Shown piece after piece: positions 25,085 to 38,671 of a stretch of 64,000 nucleotides of DNA; positions within the stretch are counted from its first letter, which is position 1; each line of letters opens with the position of its first letter. The stretch is taken from contig NC_057752.1 of the NCBI RefSeq assembly GCF_004010195.1, positions 14,770,153-14,834,152 on the forward strand, in the 5' to 3' direction. Source of the stretch: Chiloscyllium plagiosum. Its lineage: Eukaryota. The notes under the pieces were generated by a model. It was given only the letters and a program-made list of their open reading frames with translations. It made no database searches and was not told the origin of the DNA. Position numbers and translations under genes: made by a program.

Positions 25085-25675
25085 TGCGCCAACCATGATG
25101 CCATTCAAAATTAATCGGATCTGCCTGCACATAGTCTGTATCCCTCTACTCCCTGCTGTTTATGTGTTTATCTAAATGCCTCTTAAACTTTGCTATTGAA
25201 TCTCCTTCTACCAACCCCCTGGCAGAGCGTTCCAGGCACCTACAACCCTCTGTGTAAAAAAACATGCCTTGCACATCTCCTTTAAACTTTTCCCCTCTCA
25301 CCTTAAACCTATGTCCCCTAAAATTTGATATTCCCACTCTGGGAAACAGACTTTGACTGTCCACCCTATCCAATACTCTCATAATTTTATATACTTCTTT
25401 CAGGTCACCCCTCAGCCTCTGATGCTCCAGTAAAAACAATCCAACTTTGTCCAAACTGTCTTGATAGCTAATACACTACAATTTAGGCACATCCTCTTTT
25501 ACATCTTTCTAAAGCCTCGACATCTTTCCTATAGTGTGGTGACCACAACTGCACACAATACTCCAAATGTAGCTTAATTGAAATTTTATACAGTGGCAAC
25601 AATGACTTGCCAATTTTTATTCACAATGCCCCGACCGATGAAGGAAAGCATACCATATACTTCCTTTACCACCCT
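25085..25675 (-). mobile_element. CR1-type LINE 3' fragment
   Basis: RLRGDLKEVYKIMR..RGHRFKV. Confidence 0.85.
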
Positions 25676-25689
25676 CTTGGGAGGCAACA

Positions 25690-25995
25690 CCCAACTGGCA
25701 TTATCGTTGGAATGTTAATCCAGAGACCCAGGTTTGAATCCCACCATAACAGATGGTAAAACTTGGTTTCAATAAAAATTTGGAATCAAGAGTCTAATGA
25801 TAACCACAAATCCATTGCCGATTGTCAGGAAAAGCCCACACGGTTCATTCATGCTCTTTAGGGAAGGAAACTGCCAACCCCCTTACCTGATTGGGCCTAC
25901 ATGTGACTCCAGACTCAGAGCAATGTGGTTGACTCTTAGCTGCCCTCTGGACAATGAAATATGGGCAAGAAATTATGGCAGTGATGCCCGTATAT
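25690..25995 (+). mobile_element. Second shark SINE family (SacSINE1/DeuSINE-like, tentative)
   Basis: B-box-like ggtttgaatccc and core ggcctacatgtgactccagac..gcaatgtggttgactctta; reverse-orientation relative at ~59295-59575. Confidence 0.5.
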
Positions 25996-26212
25996 AATTA
26001 AAACATCCATTTGTTTTGCTCTTTTCAGTGAGCTATTAACTTGGACCCCAAGATCTCTCTGTATATCAATCTTCCTGTCATTTACTGTATACTTTCTTCT
26101 TGCATTTGACTTCACAAAAATGCATCACTCCACACATGTCTCGATTAAACCCCATTTGCCCAACTTTCGATCTGACCTATATCCTGTTCTATCATTTGAC
26201 AACCTTCCTCAC

Positions 26213-29100
26213 TATAGAACATAGAACATTACAGTGCAGTACAGGCCCTTCGGCTCTCGATGTTGTGCCGACCTGTCATACCAATCTGAAGCCCATCTAA
26301 CCTACACTATTCCATGTACGTCCATATGCTTGTCCAATGACGACTTAAATGTACTTAAAGTTGGCGAATCTACTACCGTTGCAGGCAAAGCATTTTCTCT
26401 CTGAATAAAGAAACTACCTCTGACATCTGTCCTATATCTATCACCCCTCAATTTAAAGCTATGCACCCTCGTGCTCACCGTCATGATACTTGGAAAAAGG
26501 CTCTCCGTGTCCACCCTATCTAACCCTCTGATTATCTTAAATGGCTCTATTAAGTCACCTCTCAACCTTCTTCTCTCTAATGAAAACAGCCTCAAGTCCC
26601 TCAGCCTTTCCTCGTAAGACTTTCCCTCCATACCAGGCAACATCCTAGTAAACCTCCTCTGCACCCTTTCCAAAGCTTCCACATCCTTCTTGTAATGCGG
26701 TGACCAGAACTGTACACAGTACTCTAAGTGCGGCCGCACCAGAGTTTTGTACAGCTGTAGCAGAACCTCATGGTTCCCGAACTTGATCCCTCTATTAATA
26801 AAAGCTAAAACACTGTATGCCTTCTAAACAACCCTGTCAACCTGGGTGGCAACTTTCAAGGATCTGTGTACCTGGACACAGAGATCTCTCTGCTCATCTA
26901 CACTACCAAGAATCCTACCATTAGCCCAGTACTTTGCATTCTGGTTACTCCGACCAAAGTGAATCACCTCACACTTGTCCGCATTAAACTCCATTTGCCA
27001 CCTCTCAACCCAGGTCTGCAGCTTATCTATGTCTCTCTGTGACCTACAACATCCTTCGTCACTATCCATAACTTTACCCACCTTAGTGCCGTCTGCAAAT
27101 TTACTAACCCACCCTTCTACGCCCTCATCCAGGTCATTTATAAAAATGACGAACAGCAGTGGACCCAACACTGACCCTTGCGGTATACCACTAGTAACTG
27201 GACTCCAGGATGAACATTTCCCATCAACCACCACTCTCTGTCTTCTTTCAGCAAGCCAATTACTGATCCAAACTGCTATATCTCCCACAATCCCATTCCT
27301 CCGCATTTTGTACAAGAGTCTACTGTGGGGAACCTTGTCGAACGCCTTGCTGAAATCCATATACACCACGTCAACTGGTTTACTCTCATCTACCGTGGGC
27401 GGCACGGTGGCACAGTGGTTAGCACTGCTGCCTTACAGTGCCTGAGACCTGGGTTCAATTCCCACCTCAGGCGACTGACTGTGTGGAGTTTGCAGGTTCT
27501 CCCCGTGTCTGCGTGGGTTTCCTCCGGGTGCTCCGGTTTCCTCTCACAGTCCAAAGATGTGCAGGGTCAGGTGAATTGGCCATGCTAAATTGCCCGTAGT
27601 GTTAGGTAAGGGGTAAATGTAGGGGTATGGGTGGGTTGCGCTTCAGCGGGTCGGTGTGGACTTGTTGGGCCGAAGGGCCTGTTTCCACACTGTAATGTAA
27701 TCTAGTCCACCTGTTTGGTCACCTTCTCAAAGAACTCAATAAGGTTTGTGAGGCACGACGTACCTTCACAAAACCGTGCTGACTATCCCTAATCAAATTA
27801 TTATTTTCTAGATGATTATAAATCCTATCTCTTATAACCTTTTCCAACACTTTACCAACAACTGAAGTAAGGCTCACTGGTCTATAATTACCAGGGTTGT
27901 CTCTACTCCCCTTCTTGAACAGGAGAACCACATTTACTATCCTGCAGTCTTCTGGCACTATTCCTGTGGACAATGACGATTTAAAGATCAATGCCAAAGG
28001 CTCGGCAATCTCCTCCCTGGCTTCCCAGAGGATCCTAGGATAAATCCTTTCCGGCCCTGGGACTTATCTATTTTCACACTCTGCAGGATTTCTAATACCT
28101 CCTTCTAATTCCTTGCGAACCTCAATCACACCTAGTCTAGTAACTTGTATCTCATTAATCTCCTCGACAACATTGTCGTTTTCTAGAGTGAATATTGTTG
28201 AAAAATATTCATTTAGTGCTTCCCCTACCTCCTCTGACTCCACACACAACTTCCCACTACTATCCTTGATTGGCCCTAATCTTACTCTCGTCATTCTTTT
28301 ATTCCTTAAATACCTATAGAAAGCCTCAGGGTTCACCCTGATCCTATCCGCAAACAACGTCTCATGTCTCCTTCTGGCTCTTCTGAGCTCTCTCTTTAGG
28401 TCTTTCCTGGCTACCTTGTAACCCTCAAGNNNNNNNNNNNNNNNNNNNNNNNNNNNNNNNNNNNNNNNNNNNNNNNNNNNNNNNNNNNNNNNNNNNNNNN
28501 NNNNNNNNNNNNNNNNNNNNNNNNNNNNNNNNNNNNNNNNNNNNNNNNNNNNNNNNNNNNNNNNNNNNNNNNNNNNNNNNNNNNNNNNNNNNNNNNNNNN
28601 NNNNNNNNNNNNNNNNNNNNNNNNNNNNNNNNNNNNNNNNNNNNNNNNNNNNNNNNNNNNNNNNNNNNNNNNNNNNNNNNNNNNNNNNNNNNNNNNNNNN
28701 NNNNNNNNNNNNNNNNNNNNNNNNNNNNNNNNNNNNNNNNNNNNNNNNNNNNNNNNNNNNNNNNNNNNNNNNNNNNNNNNNNNNNNNNNNNNNNNNNNNN
28801 NNNNNNNNNNNNNNNNNNNNNNNNNNNNNNNNNNNNNNNNNNNNNNNNNNNNNNNNNNNNNNNNNNNNNNNNNNNNNNNNNNNNNNNNNNNNNNNNNNNN
28901 NNNNNNNNNNNNNNNNNNNNNNNNNNNNNNNNNNNNNNNNNNNNNNNNNNNNNNNNNNNNNNNNNNNNNNNNNNNNNNNNNNNNNNNNNNCTCCTTTCCT
29001 GTTTCTAACTTTCAGCCCATATACCTCAGTTGACGAGTCCCCAAACATCCTTTCTACAACTGTAATACTGTCCTTGACCAACAATGCCACACCTCCCCCT
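26213..29100 (-). mobile_element. Relatively young CR1-type LINE interrupted by a SINE (27397-27704) and an N gap (28430-28990)
   Basis: ORFs 26302..26739, 26824..27405 (YMDFSKAFDKVPH), 27719..27997 (NYRPVSLTS), EN piece at 28991-29100; atagaac tail. Confidence 0.92.
27397..27704 (+). mobile_element. HE1-type SINE, full length
   Basis: GGGCGGCACGGTGGCACAGTGGTTAGCACT head, GGTTCAATTCC B box, core and tail. Confidence 0.92.
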
Positions 29101-30490
29101 CCACAACCCCACCAATTTTCATGTCATCTGCAAACTTACTAATCAGACCACCTTCCTTTTGCATCCAAATCATTTATATATATTACAAACAATAGAGGCC
29201 CCAGCGCTGATCCTTGTGGAACACCACTCGTCACAGACCTCCAGTCAGAAAAACACCCCTCCAAAGCTAACCTCTGTCTTCTATTATCAAGCCAATTTTT
29301 TATCCAACTTACCTGTTTGCTGTGGATCATGACTTAATCATTTGGACAGCCTACCATGGGGGACCCGTATCAAATGCTTTAGTAAAGTTCACGTAGACAA
29401 TGTTCACTGTCCTATCCTCAATCATCTTTGTCACATCCTTAAAAAACTCAATCACGTTTGTGAGGCAAGATTTCCCCTGCATAAAGCCATAAGACCATAA
29501 GACATAGGAGCAGAAGTTAGGCCATTCGGCCCATCGAGTCTGCTCTGCCATTCAATCAAGGCTGATAAATTTCTCAACTCCACTCTCCCGCTTTCTCCCC
29601 GTAACCCTCGATCCCCTTTACAATCAAGAAGCTATTGATCTCCATCTTAAATATACTCAATGGCTTGGCCTCCACAGCCTTCTGTGTCAATGAATTCCAT
29701 AGATTCACAAGTCTCTGGCTGAAGAAGTTTCTCCTTATCTCTGTTCTAAAAGGGTCTTCCCTTTACTCTAAGGTTGTGCCCTTGGATCCTAGTCTCTCCT
29801 ACCAGTGGGAACATCTTCCCAATATCCACTCTATCCAGGCCATTCAGTATTCTGTAATGCTGACTATCCCTAATAAGTTGATTCTTTTCCAAATGTGAGT
29901 AAATTCTGTCCCCAAGAATCTTCTCCAATAGTTTTCCTATTATTGATGTGAAGCGCATCAGCCTCTAATTCCCTGGATGATCCTGGCTGCCCTTCTAAAA
30001 CAAAGAAACAACATTGACTATTCTCTAGTCTTCTGGGACCTTGCTTGTAGCTAAAGAGGATACAAAGATCTCTGTCAAGGTCCCAGCAATCTCCTCCCTT
30101 GCCTCCCTCAGTATCCCATTGTAAATCCTATCAGGCCCTGGGGTCTTATATGCCTTAATGTTTTTTTAACACACCAATCAACTCCTCCTCCTAAAGATTG
30201 ACATGCCCTAGAATATCACCATGCCCCTCCCTAATCTTACCATCATCCACGTCCTCCTACTTGGTGAATACCAAAACAAAATATTCATTAAGGACCTTGC
30301 CCACTTCCTCCGGCTTGTTATTTTCCAATCTGATGACATCTTCCCAAAATCTAGAGAAATCTGGAAAATTACAATGCATACTGTCTCAGCAGGCCCTAAA
30401 AAGACCCAGGATGTAGTCCATCAGGATCCAGGGACTTGCCAGTTTTCTAAAGATTTTCTAAAGATTTTTTCAGTGTCCTTTTCCTGGTAA
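29100..30490 (-). mobile_element. Nested decayed CR1-type LINE fragments
   Basis: [21 protein letters not shown]; second 3' end inserted at ~29487-29857. Confidence 0.8.
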
Positions 30491-31794
30491 GAGAACTTCA
30501 TACACATAGGATGCTCTTTTTAAGAACGAACCATTACCTCATCTTTTGCACATACTCTGTTCTTCATGCTTTATTTTGCATAATTTTGAAAGATCTTTAA
30601 CTTGCACTGACCATCCATTTCGGAGGTTTCAGCAACCCTGTAAGTAACTGTCAAGTGATTGGCTGATAAGTTGATTTTGAGTTCTGTTTTAACCAGTTAA
30701 GTGCAACACGATACAGAAAGGCATCTTTGTGTCCTTTCCATGGCCCAGGGCTGCAGACAAAAAGTAAAGTATATCAGCAGTGATGACCCAGAAGGAGCAG
30801 TCTTGTACTCGCTAGTTTGGAAGATGGCTTCAGCGGATCACAGTGCAATGTGCCACTTTTTGGTTCCTTCCTTTCAAACAACATTTGGCTAAAGTCAATT
30901 AGTTTGGCCAAGACGCTCTCATATCTTCCGGACAGTAAAGAAAAAGTTAAACTCTTCATGATTGTAGGCAAACACTCCAAATTACACCATTGTTTTATTC
31001 GTTTATCTAGTCTGATACCACACCTAATATTTGGGGAGGGACACAGAGAATTATTACAGTTCATGACTTTGTTTTTGACAGGTAAAAATGACAGATAGAT
31101 TTTATAGCCTTAAGATTCAGGAACTCCTTGCAGCTGTGAAGATTTAGAATACCTCCCGCAACCTGAAACCCACACTTCTTCATTCAATCCTACAATTTGT
31201 GCACAAGCATTACATCATTCAAACAACAATAGGACACAAACTACCACTTACTTTTCATTGAAAATCTGCCCCTCATATATTCCATTTGAAAATACACCCT
31301 TCAACTCAGTTAAGCGTCCATTGTATTGCTTTGCATAAACTGTCTTTTTTTTGTTCTTTGGTTGTACCTTCTCGCACAGCTTCTCCAAAAGCTGAACTAA
31401 AATTGTCCAACTCTTGCACGACTGGTGACCAGGACAGTCAAGCTTTTCCAGGAACTTCAACTTGCTGCTGGCTTAGCTATCTCAATGGTAAGTGCTGCAG
31501 CAGTAGCACAATCTATCATCTCATTCTTCGTGACACCACATAAAATATATGGCCTTGCTCATCATGCATGCCACAATATCACCAGGTGACAAAACTGGTG
31601 CAACTACACTTTGCAAACAGAGTGACAAAACACGTCAGGGACACTCTGCATTCACACACTTCCCCCTGCAGACTGCTCGAAGGGAGGCTAACAGCATTAC
31701 ACTTAGGCTTAAAAACTAAAATAGCCTGGGCACTCAATAATAAGCTATCTATTGCAAGTTCACACATTTAAAATTCATCCCTACGCAAATTTCA

Positions 31795-31975
31795 TAAAAT
31801 CATCATAAAATCCCTATAATGTGGGAAAGAGGTCATTTGGTCCAGGGTCTGCACCAGCCTCCAAAGAGAATCCCACCCAGACCCAGCACCCCCACCTATC
31901 CGTGTAACACATTTACTATGGCTAATCCACCTAACCTGCACAAATTTGGATTGTGGGAGGAAACCTACATGCATT
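31795..31975 (-). mobile_element. HE1-type SINE partial
   Basis: ccacctaacctgcac..tttggattgtgggaggaaacc. Confidence 0.7.
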
Positions 31976-32309
31976 TCCTGTTAAACCCTCCTCATCCAAG
32001 TTGTCCCTCAGAATACATGCATAAGCCTGAAACAGCTGAAGCTGAGAAAGCACAAGAATAGAAATAGGCGAATGCAGCCCATTCCTCTAATATAAAACAC
32101 TATTCATCCAGTCAACGATACAACAGGCTGAATTCTGCACTGCTTCAAGAAATTGGTCAATGAACAAGAGGGTGGGGATTAAAAGGTCAGTTTCAAGTTG
32201 CCAAACTTTAACAATTGGACCGCTTCAGGGAACCAGGGCTGGCACCCTCAGCTATAGTAATGATGCAGATGAAAGGACTGACTACATTACAAACAACGAT
32301 GCAAGCAAG

Positions 32310-32460
32310 TCCAAAGATGTGCAGGCTAAGTGGATTAGCCATGGTAAATGTGGGATAACAGGGATAGGTTGGGGGCTGGGTCTAGATGGGGCATTCTTTG
32401 GAGGAACAGTGTTTACTCAATGGGCTGAATGGCCTGCTTCCACACTGTAGGGATTTTATG
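32310..32460 (+). mobile_element. HE1-type SINE 3' half
   Basis: agtccaaagatgtgcagg..gggctgaatggcctgcttccacactgtaggg. Confidence 0.7.
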
Positions 32461-32559
32461 TAGAATCAAAGCAAATTTTATAGGGATACTAGGATAGTAA
32501 CAAGTTCTGAGGAGGCTACAAAGAGAACGCTTAGGGATATAAGGAGGGCAATAATATGC

Positions 32560-33780
32560 AAAAAAAAATGCAGACGTTGCAAATCTGAAACGAAAACAGA
32601 AATTGCTGAAGAAACTCAATGGGTCTTGCAGCATCAGCAGACGATAAAAGACAGAGTCCAGTGAGCCAAAAGCTGAAGGCAACCGGGAAATGGCGGTCGT
32701 TATGCTGATGATGGTGGCTGGGTGAAAAGGAGTGAGTCCAATAGATGGAGATGGTGCTCAGAGAAAGAAAGGAGAAACAAAGGGATTGTTGATGGTAATC
32801 AAGAAGAGAGATAAATGGCGATTCAGTGTGAACAGCAAGTTTGAATAGTTGAAAATGTGTTGGAAGGAATACATACTGGATCAAATGGGAGAATGGGTAA
32901 TGAACAAGAAGGGTGCTCACGCTCTGAAATTGTGAAACTGAATATAGAGTCCTAATGTATATAAGGTATCTAGGCGGAAGATGAGGTGTTGTTTCTCCAG
33001 CTTGCATAGAGCTCCCCATTGTCAAAGGGACCACAAAATGAGCAGCAAATACAGTGGACTAGATTGAATGAAGTGCAAGTAAATCACTGCTTCACCTGGA
33101 AGCTGTGTCTGGAGCCTTGGGTAGTTAGAGGGAGGAGGTAAATGGGCAAATGTTGCACCTTTTGCAATTGTATGTGAAGGTGCCATGGAGAGCGTAAGGT
33201 AGTTTTGGCAATAGAGAAAAAGTGGACCATAGTGTCTCAGAGGGAATAGTCCCGGCAGAATGCTCAGAAGGGAGGGGATGAGAATATGTACATATTCAGT
33301 GGCTTCCTGCTGGAGATGGCAAAATGATAGCTTACAATCCTTTAGATGCAGAGGTTGGTGGGGTGACAAGTGAGGACATGGGGACTCTATCGTAGTTGTG
33401 GGAGGGAAGTGGAAAGTGTAGGAAAGTAGGATATAGGTTAGACATGACTGAGGGCCCTGTCAACCACGGTAGCAGGGAATCCTTGTTTGAGAAAAAACAA
33501 TGTAGCCATGTTTGAAGTCTCACCCTAGATGGTGGCATAATCAAAACAAATACAGCAGAGAAACTGGGAGAATAGAATGGAGTCCATCCAGGAAGCAGGG
33601 TGTGAGAAAATATAGGCAAAGTAGCTATGGGAGTCAGTAGGTTTGTCCTGTATATTAACATCATATCACATCCCCAGAAACAGAAACAGAGATGTCAAGG
33701 AAGGAAGGGAGAAGTCAGAGATGAACCAGGTGAAGGTGAGAAAAGGATGGAAATTGGAGGCAAAATTGATCATTTTTTTC
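32560..33780 (-). mobile_element. Decayed Penelope-like element (RT C-terminus, GIY-YIG, terminal repeat)
   Basis: Minus strand FTCTSFNLVHCICCSFCG..GE (GIY-YIG-like) and YRTNLLTP.. region; terminal gcagacgttgcaaatctgaaa..gaaactca repeat. Confidence 0.65.
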
Positions 33781-33973
33781 CAATTTCAGATGAAATAACT
33801 ATACAGATACCAAGTCACACTTTATTTACATGTGGAAAGTCTTTGACACTGATCCAGCTTCCTCAGTCAGCTTTCAGAAAGTGAGAAAGGACATTGGACC
33901 CTCCTGTTTTTTTATTTTCATTTGAACGAGTCAAGTTTCCCAAATAACAGCAGGATGCCAGATGTGTTTCCAT

Positions 33974-34270
33974 GGGCGGCACAGTGGTTAGCACTGCTGC
34001 CTCACAGCGCCAGAGACCCAGGTTCAATTCCCGCCTCAGGCTGTGTGGAGTTTGTATGTTCTCCTCGTGTCTGCGTGGGTTTCCTCTGGGTGCTCCGGTT
34101 TCCTCCCACAGTCCAAAGATGTGCAGGTCAGGTGAATTAGCTATGCTAAATTGCCCGCAGTGTTAGGCAAGGGGTAAATGTAGGGGTATGGGTGGGTTGC
34201 GCTTCGGCGGGTCGGTGTGGACTTGTTGGGCCGAAGGGCCTGTTTCCACACTGTAATGTAATCTAATCTA
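33974..34270 (+). mobile_element. HE1-type SINE, full length
   Basis: Same head, core and tail as the 27397 copy. Confidence 0.9.
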
Positions 34271-34349
34271 TCCCAACACAAAGATGACTGTTGTGAGTGA
34301 ATTTCTTCAGGAGTATGCTTTTCTCTTGTTGCCACTGAAATAACTCCAA

Positions 34350-34758
34350 ACAATAGGTGCAGGAGTAGGCCATTCTGCCCTTCGATCCTGCACCACCATT
34401 CAATATGATCATGGCTGATCATCCTTAATCAGTATCCTGTTCCTGCCTTATCTCCATAAACCTGTCCTTGAGAGCTCTATCCAACTCTTTCTTGAATGAA
34501 TCCTAAGACTGAACCTCCACTGCCCTCTGGGGCAGAGCATTCCACACAGCCACCACTCTCTGGGTGAAAAAGTTTCTCCTCATCTCTGTCCTAAATGGTC
34601 TACCCCGTATTTTTAAGCTGTGTCCTCTGGTTCGGCACTCACCCATCAGCGGAAATATGTTTCCTGCCTCTGGAGTATCCAATCCTTTAATAATCTTCAA
34701 AATGTCTTTCCTCAAATTTGGAGACCAGAACTGCACACAATATTCCAGGTGTGGTCTT
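34350..34758 (-). mobile_element. CR1-type LINE 3' fragment
   Basis: QFWSPNLRKDI..TRGHSLKIRG..RRNFFTQRVV..WNALP. Confidence 0.85.
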
Positions 34759-34844
34759 TGTCAACCAGGGCTCCTGATTGGGGCTGTTAACTTAGTCCAA
34801 TCAGGGAACTGATTCTATGAGGTCCATCAAGCCACATTAGATAT

Positions 34845-35050
34845 CAGAGGGAAGCAGAATCAATGATGTTATCGATGTACTTCAGGAAGTTATTGGGAGG
34901 GTCTAAGTAGGACTGGAATAACAAATATCCCATATCACTCAAGAGACAGGCCAAACTGGGGCCCAAATTGGTATACATAGTGACACCTTTGAAATGAAGA
35001 AAGTGACAGGAGTTAAAGAAGTTGCTCAAAGTGAGGATGAGCTCAGACAG
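34845..35050 (-). mobile_element. Penelope-like RT fragment
   Basis: LSELILTLSNFF..HFLHFKGVTM..LGPSLACL..KYIDNI (decayed GxAMG / RYIDD motifs). Confidence 0.6.
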
Positions 35051-35439
35051 ATTCCTCTGCATTGCAACATTCTTCAAGTCATAGTCATCCTTTGTTTTTT
35101 GTTGTGATATAAATTGGGCAAGTGTTAAAAGAAAGGCAGCTGGAGTATAATGTAGGTAAATGTGCGGATAGGCACTTTCGGCAGGTAGAACAGCTGAATA
35201 TTATTTAAATGGAATGAGGATTTAAAAAAATATTCTAATGCAGAGGAATCTGAATGTCATTACAGAACATTAGCACTGATAAATTCGAAGATAATTGGAA
35301 TCGTGGCTTTTACTGTCAGAGAATGGAGCTTAAAAGTATTGAACTACATTAACTACCTGCCAGGTCTCTTGTACGGAACAGATCTACACAGTAGTAAACG
35401 CAATCAGGTTACGAATACTCTCAATTACATCTACCTTAC

Positions 35440-35775
35440 GATTGCGTTTTTCCCTCGACTAGTGATTGACAGCGATTTTGCCCCTCATCACCATGGAGCT
35501 GACGTCAACTTCTCGCGACAATGCGTTCGCGGGAGGCAAAGCGGTGAAAGTCCGCCCTACATCAATTGCTATTGGTGACGTAGGCGGCATGCTCAGCAGT
35601 GATTGACTGCGGATAACGTCAATCAATCTCACGCAGCGGCAGCCTTTCCGCTTCCCGTGTAGTGATGTTGCCAGACGGGTGGGTGGGAGCAGGTACGTCA
35701 TCTGGTTGCTGAGCGTGAGCGTGAGGGAGAGGCTTGACCGATAGCTTAAAGGGAAATTCCTGCAGCAAAGGCCAG
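35440..35775 (+). promoter_or_regulatory. CpG-rich promoter and probable non-coding first exon of SPRYD3
   Basis: Clearest CpG-dense non-repeat stretch in the window. TGACGTCA (35500-35507), TCTCGCGACA (35511-35520), GC box CCGCCC (35552-35557), ATTGG (35571-35575), three TGATTGAC motifs; candidate donors CAG|GTACGT (35692/35693) and CAG|GTAGGC (35775/35776); lies ~2.9 kb upstream of the first coding exon. Confidence 0.75.
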
Positions 35776-36371
35776 GTAGGCTGAGCAGACAACTTTATTG
35801 CGTGCAGCTGTAGTCTGTGTGTGTGTGTATGAGAGCCACGGGGAGGGAATATCCAATTTCGAAATGTCAATCCCAGATCCAAAGAATGGCAACAAAACAT
35901 TCACAGTGATTGTAGCAACCTCTGAGTTTGTGACAACCAGGCCGTGTTGAAGGAGCCGGCCAGTTCTGTGCCGGCTTGCTGCCTAGAAACTTCTGGCGTG
36001 TTAATTAACGTGTGAGCATGCCATTGGAAGTGAATGCCATGCGCCGCCCCCGAACTCTCCTCATTGACAGTTTGCCCCTCTCTATTCACTGAACTCTTCA
36101 CCCTCCCATTAAGCAATCCCAGGTCAGATACAGTGAGACAGGTGGATGGATACCCTGTGAACTGTTTTCTGTCTCTCCAGATCTATTAATCAAGCTGAGT
36201 TCATCAGCCGATAGTTCATTTTCTGACAGATTACCCCGAATGCTCATCTGACTTTGAACCAAACAGATTGCAGTAATTGCTTTTGACATATCGCTATGCA
36301 TTTGTTTAACTCTTGAGATAATCGCCTAAACCCTAATGATTGAAAATGCCTAGGACTTGGTCTGTAAATTT

Positions 36372-36530
36372 AAAAAACACAAAGATGTGCGGATGTTGGA
36401 AATTAGAAACACAAACAGAAGTTGCTGGAAAAACCCAGCATCTATAGAGCGAAAGGAGAATTAACGTTTCGGATCCAGTTCTGTATTTGAATCACTGGAT
36501 CCGAAACATTAACTCTGCTTTCTGTTCACG
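36372..36530. mobile_element. Decayed inverted Penelope-like termini
   Basis: ttaacgtttcggatccagt ... actggatccgaaacattaa inverted repeat (~36461-36512) with a GAAAC remnant. Confidence 0.6.
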
Positions 36531-38671
36531 GAATTCTGGTTGCCCTTCTATGGAAAGGATGTTGTTAAACTTGAGAGGGTGCAGAAAAAAGATTTATAAA
36601 GGATATTGCTGGGATCGGAGAGTTTGAGGTATGTGGAGAAGCTGAATAGACTATGGCTTTTTTTTTGCCTGCAACATTGGAGATTGAGGAGTAACCTGAG
36701 GGAGGTTTACAAAATCATGGACATGCATAGGGTGAATAGCTAAGATCTTTTTCTCAGGGTGTTACAATGTTGGCAGATACTGTCTTTCAAATCATGTGTT
36801 GTGTCTCTGCTCAGTGCTTCAGGAATATTCAAAACAGATGTTATTTGAATAGCAGCAGTTTGAAGATTTTGACAAAAATTCATCCCATAAAGGACATCAT
36901 TAACTTGATTCATGAAACTCCTATCTAGATGGACAACATGGGAATACTACCACCTACATGTTACCCTCCAAGCCACTCACCATCCTGACTTGAAAGTATT
37001 TCACTGTTCCTTCACTGTCACTGGGTTAAAATCTTGGAATTCCCACCCCAAAGGATATTGTTGGTCTATCTATAGCACATGGATTGCAGTGGTTCAAGAA
37101 GGAGCTCACATCCCCTTCTTGGGTTACAAGCAATAAATGCTGGCTAGCCAGTGATGCTCACATCGCACAAGTGAATTTTTAAAAACTGCTAAGTTCACAT
37201 GGAATTATTGATTGTAAAGTGTTATGACATGTTAGATCTTTAGTGAAACTTTCATAAGAACATTGAAGGCAAATCTATTCATCCATATAAATTGAAGTTT
37301 TTTGTTTGGTGACAGGATGCCTGATCTTTGTAGCATCATAAGTGCCTTTCGTAACACCTCAGAGAGTTTATCCTTAAGCCAGTAGCAGATACAAATCGTC
37401 TCCTCTGGCAGGACTGCTGTTATTTTTAAGAGGCAAAATGCTTCGACCACGTCACTAGCTAGAAGTGCACCGGTTTATTGTTCCCTGGCTTTTCCTTACC
37501 ACCTTTCTTAAATAATGGCACCACATTAGCCAAACTCTAGTTTTCTGGCACCTCACCTGTGGCCATCGATGATACAAATATCCCAGCAAAGGGCCCAACA
37601 ATCACTTCCTGAGCTTCCTACAGAGTTCTAGGGTATACCTGATCAGTTCCTGGGGATTTATCCATTTTTATATATTTCAAAACATCCAGCACTTCCCCCT
37701 CTGTAATATGGGCATTTTTCAAGATGTCACCTTCAAAGTCTTTGCACCCTTTTGGGAGAGTCTTGAAAATCTGCCAATGGGTTGATCAGGTTCGATCACC
37801 TTGATCGATCAGACCCTAAATAGCTGTTGGCACGTTGATGTCAGAGTGGCCCTTAGATATGCGTTATGGTAAGTGCTGGTTGCACGTCGCCTCCTCCAAA
37901 TAAGAGTGCTAGGTGCCTCCGTGTCTGGCGAATAACTCAATATTTCTGGCCTGAGGGCAACATTTCATTGTCACATTCACGTCCAACTTCAAGTGTGTAT
38001 CGCAGAGTCTGCAGCTATCAGGTTTGTTTGTACACTGTCTGTATGCAGCTGCAGTCTGTCTGAATTCTGCATGATGCTTATTGGCATCATGTTAGTCAGG
38101 CTGGCTTTCCTTTCCCAGCATATGTTTTAGTTTATGGCCACTTTATCGAAGTTCATCATAAATTAGATGTCTTGGGTGACCTGCCCGGCCACACTTCTCT
38201 ATGTTGAACATCTGAAGCACCCAAAATGGGTTCATCACCAACAGTGGGAGCATCACTGCTGATTGAATCCTGAAGTACATATCCACCGGACTGGGCCTGT
38301 GGCAGGTGATGAGGGAGCAAGAGAGGAAAAGCTATTTGACCTGGTTGTCACTAATGTTGCAGGTACATCTGTCTATAATGATAAAGGGAGGAGTAATGCC
38401 CCATAGTTCTAAGCTGCAGTAAATTCAGGCAATGAGGTTTGTAAACTACCAAGATTGATCAATGTGCCAGTTAACTGATTACGACATCAGTGAAGCTGCT
38501 TAACTGGGATTGAATTCAAACTCCAGAGTCAGTTGTCAGTTTTGTTAGAAATTTGGCCCAGGTTTAAAAACTCTAGGCTTAATAATCTCCGCCAATTAGA
38601 TCTAAAAGATTAAGACTGTGAATTTAACTTTTGAAGATTTCTTTTCCTTGTAGGAACTGCAGTAGTGGGAA

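Noticed and set aside
27397..27470. tRNA-like A/B boxes in SINE heads
   Set aside because: Part of tRNA-derived SINEs; no complete cloverleaf evident.
37780..37817. GATC-rich imperfect hairpin
   Set aside because: Short, imperfect and single copy; no recognisable RNA motif.
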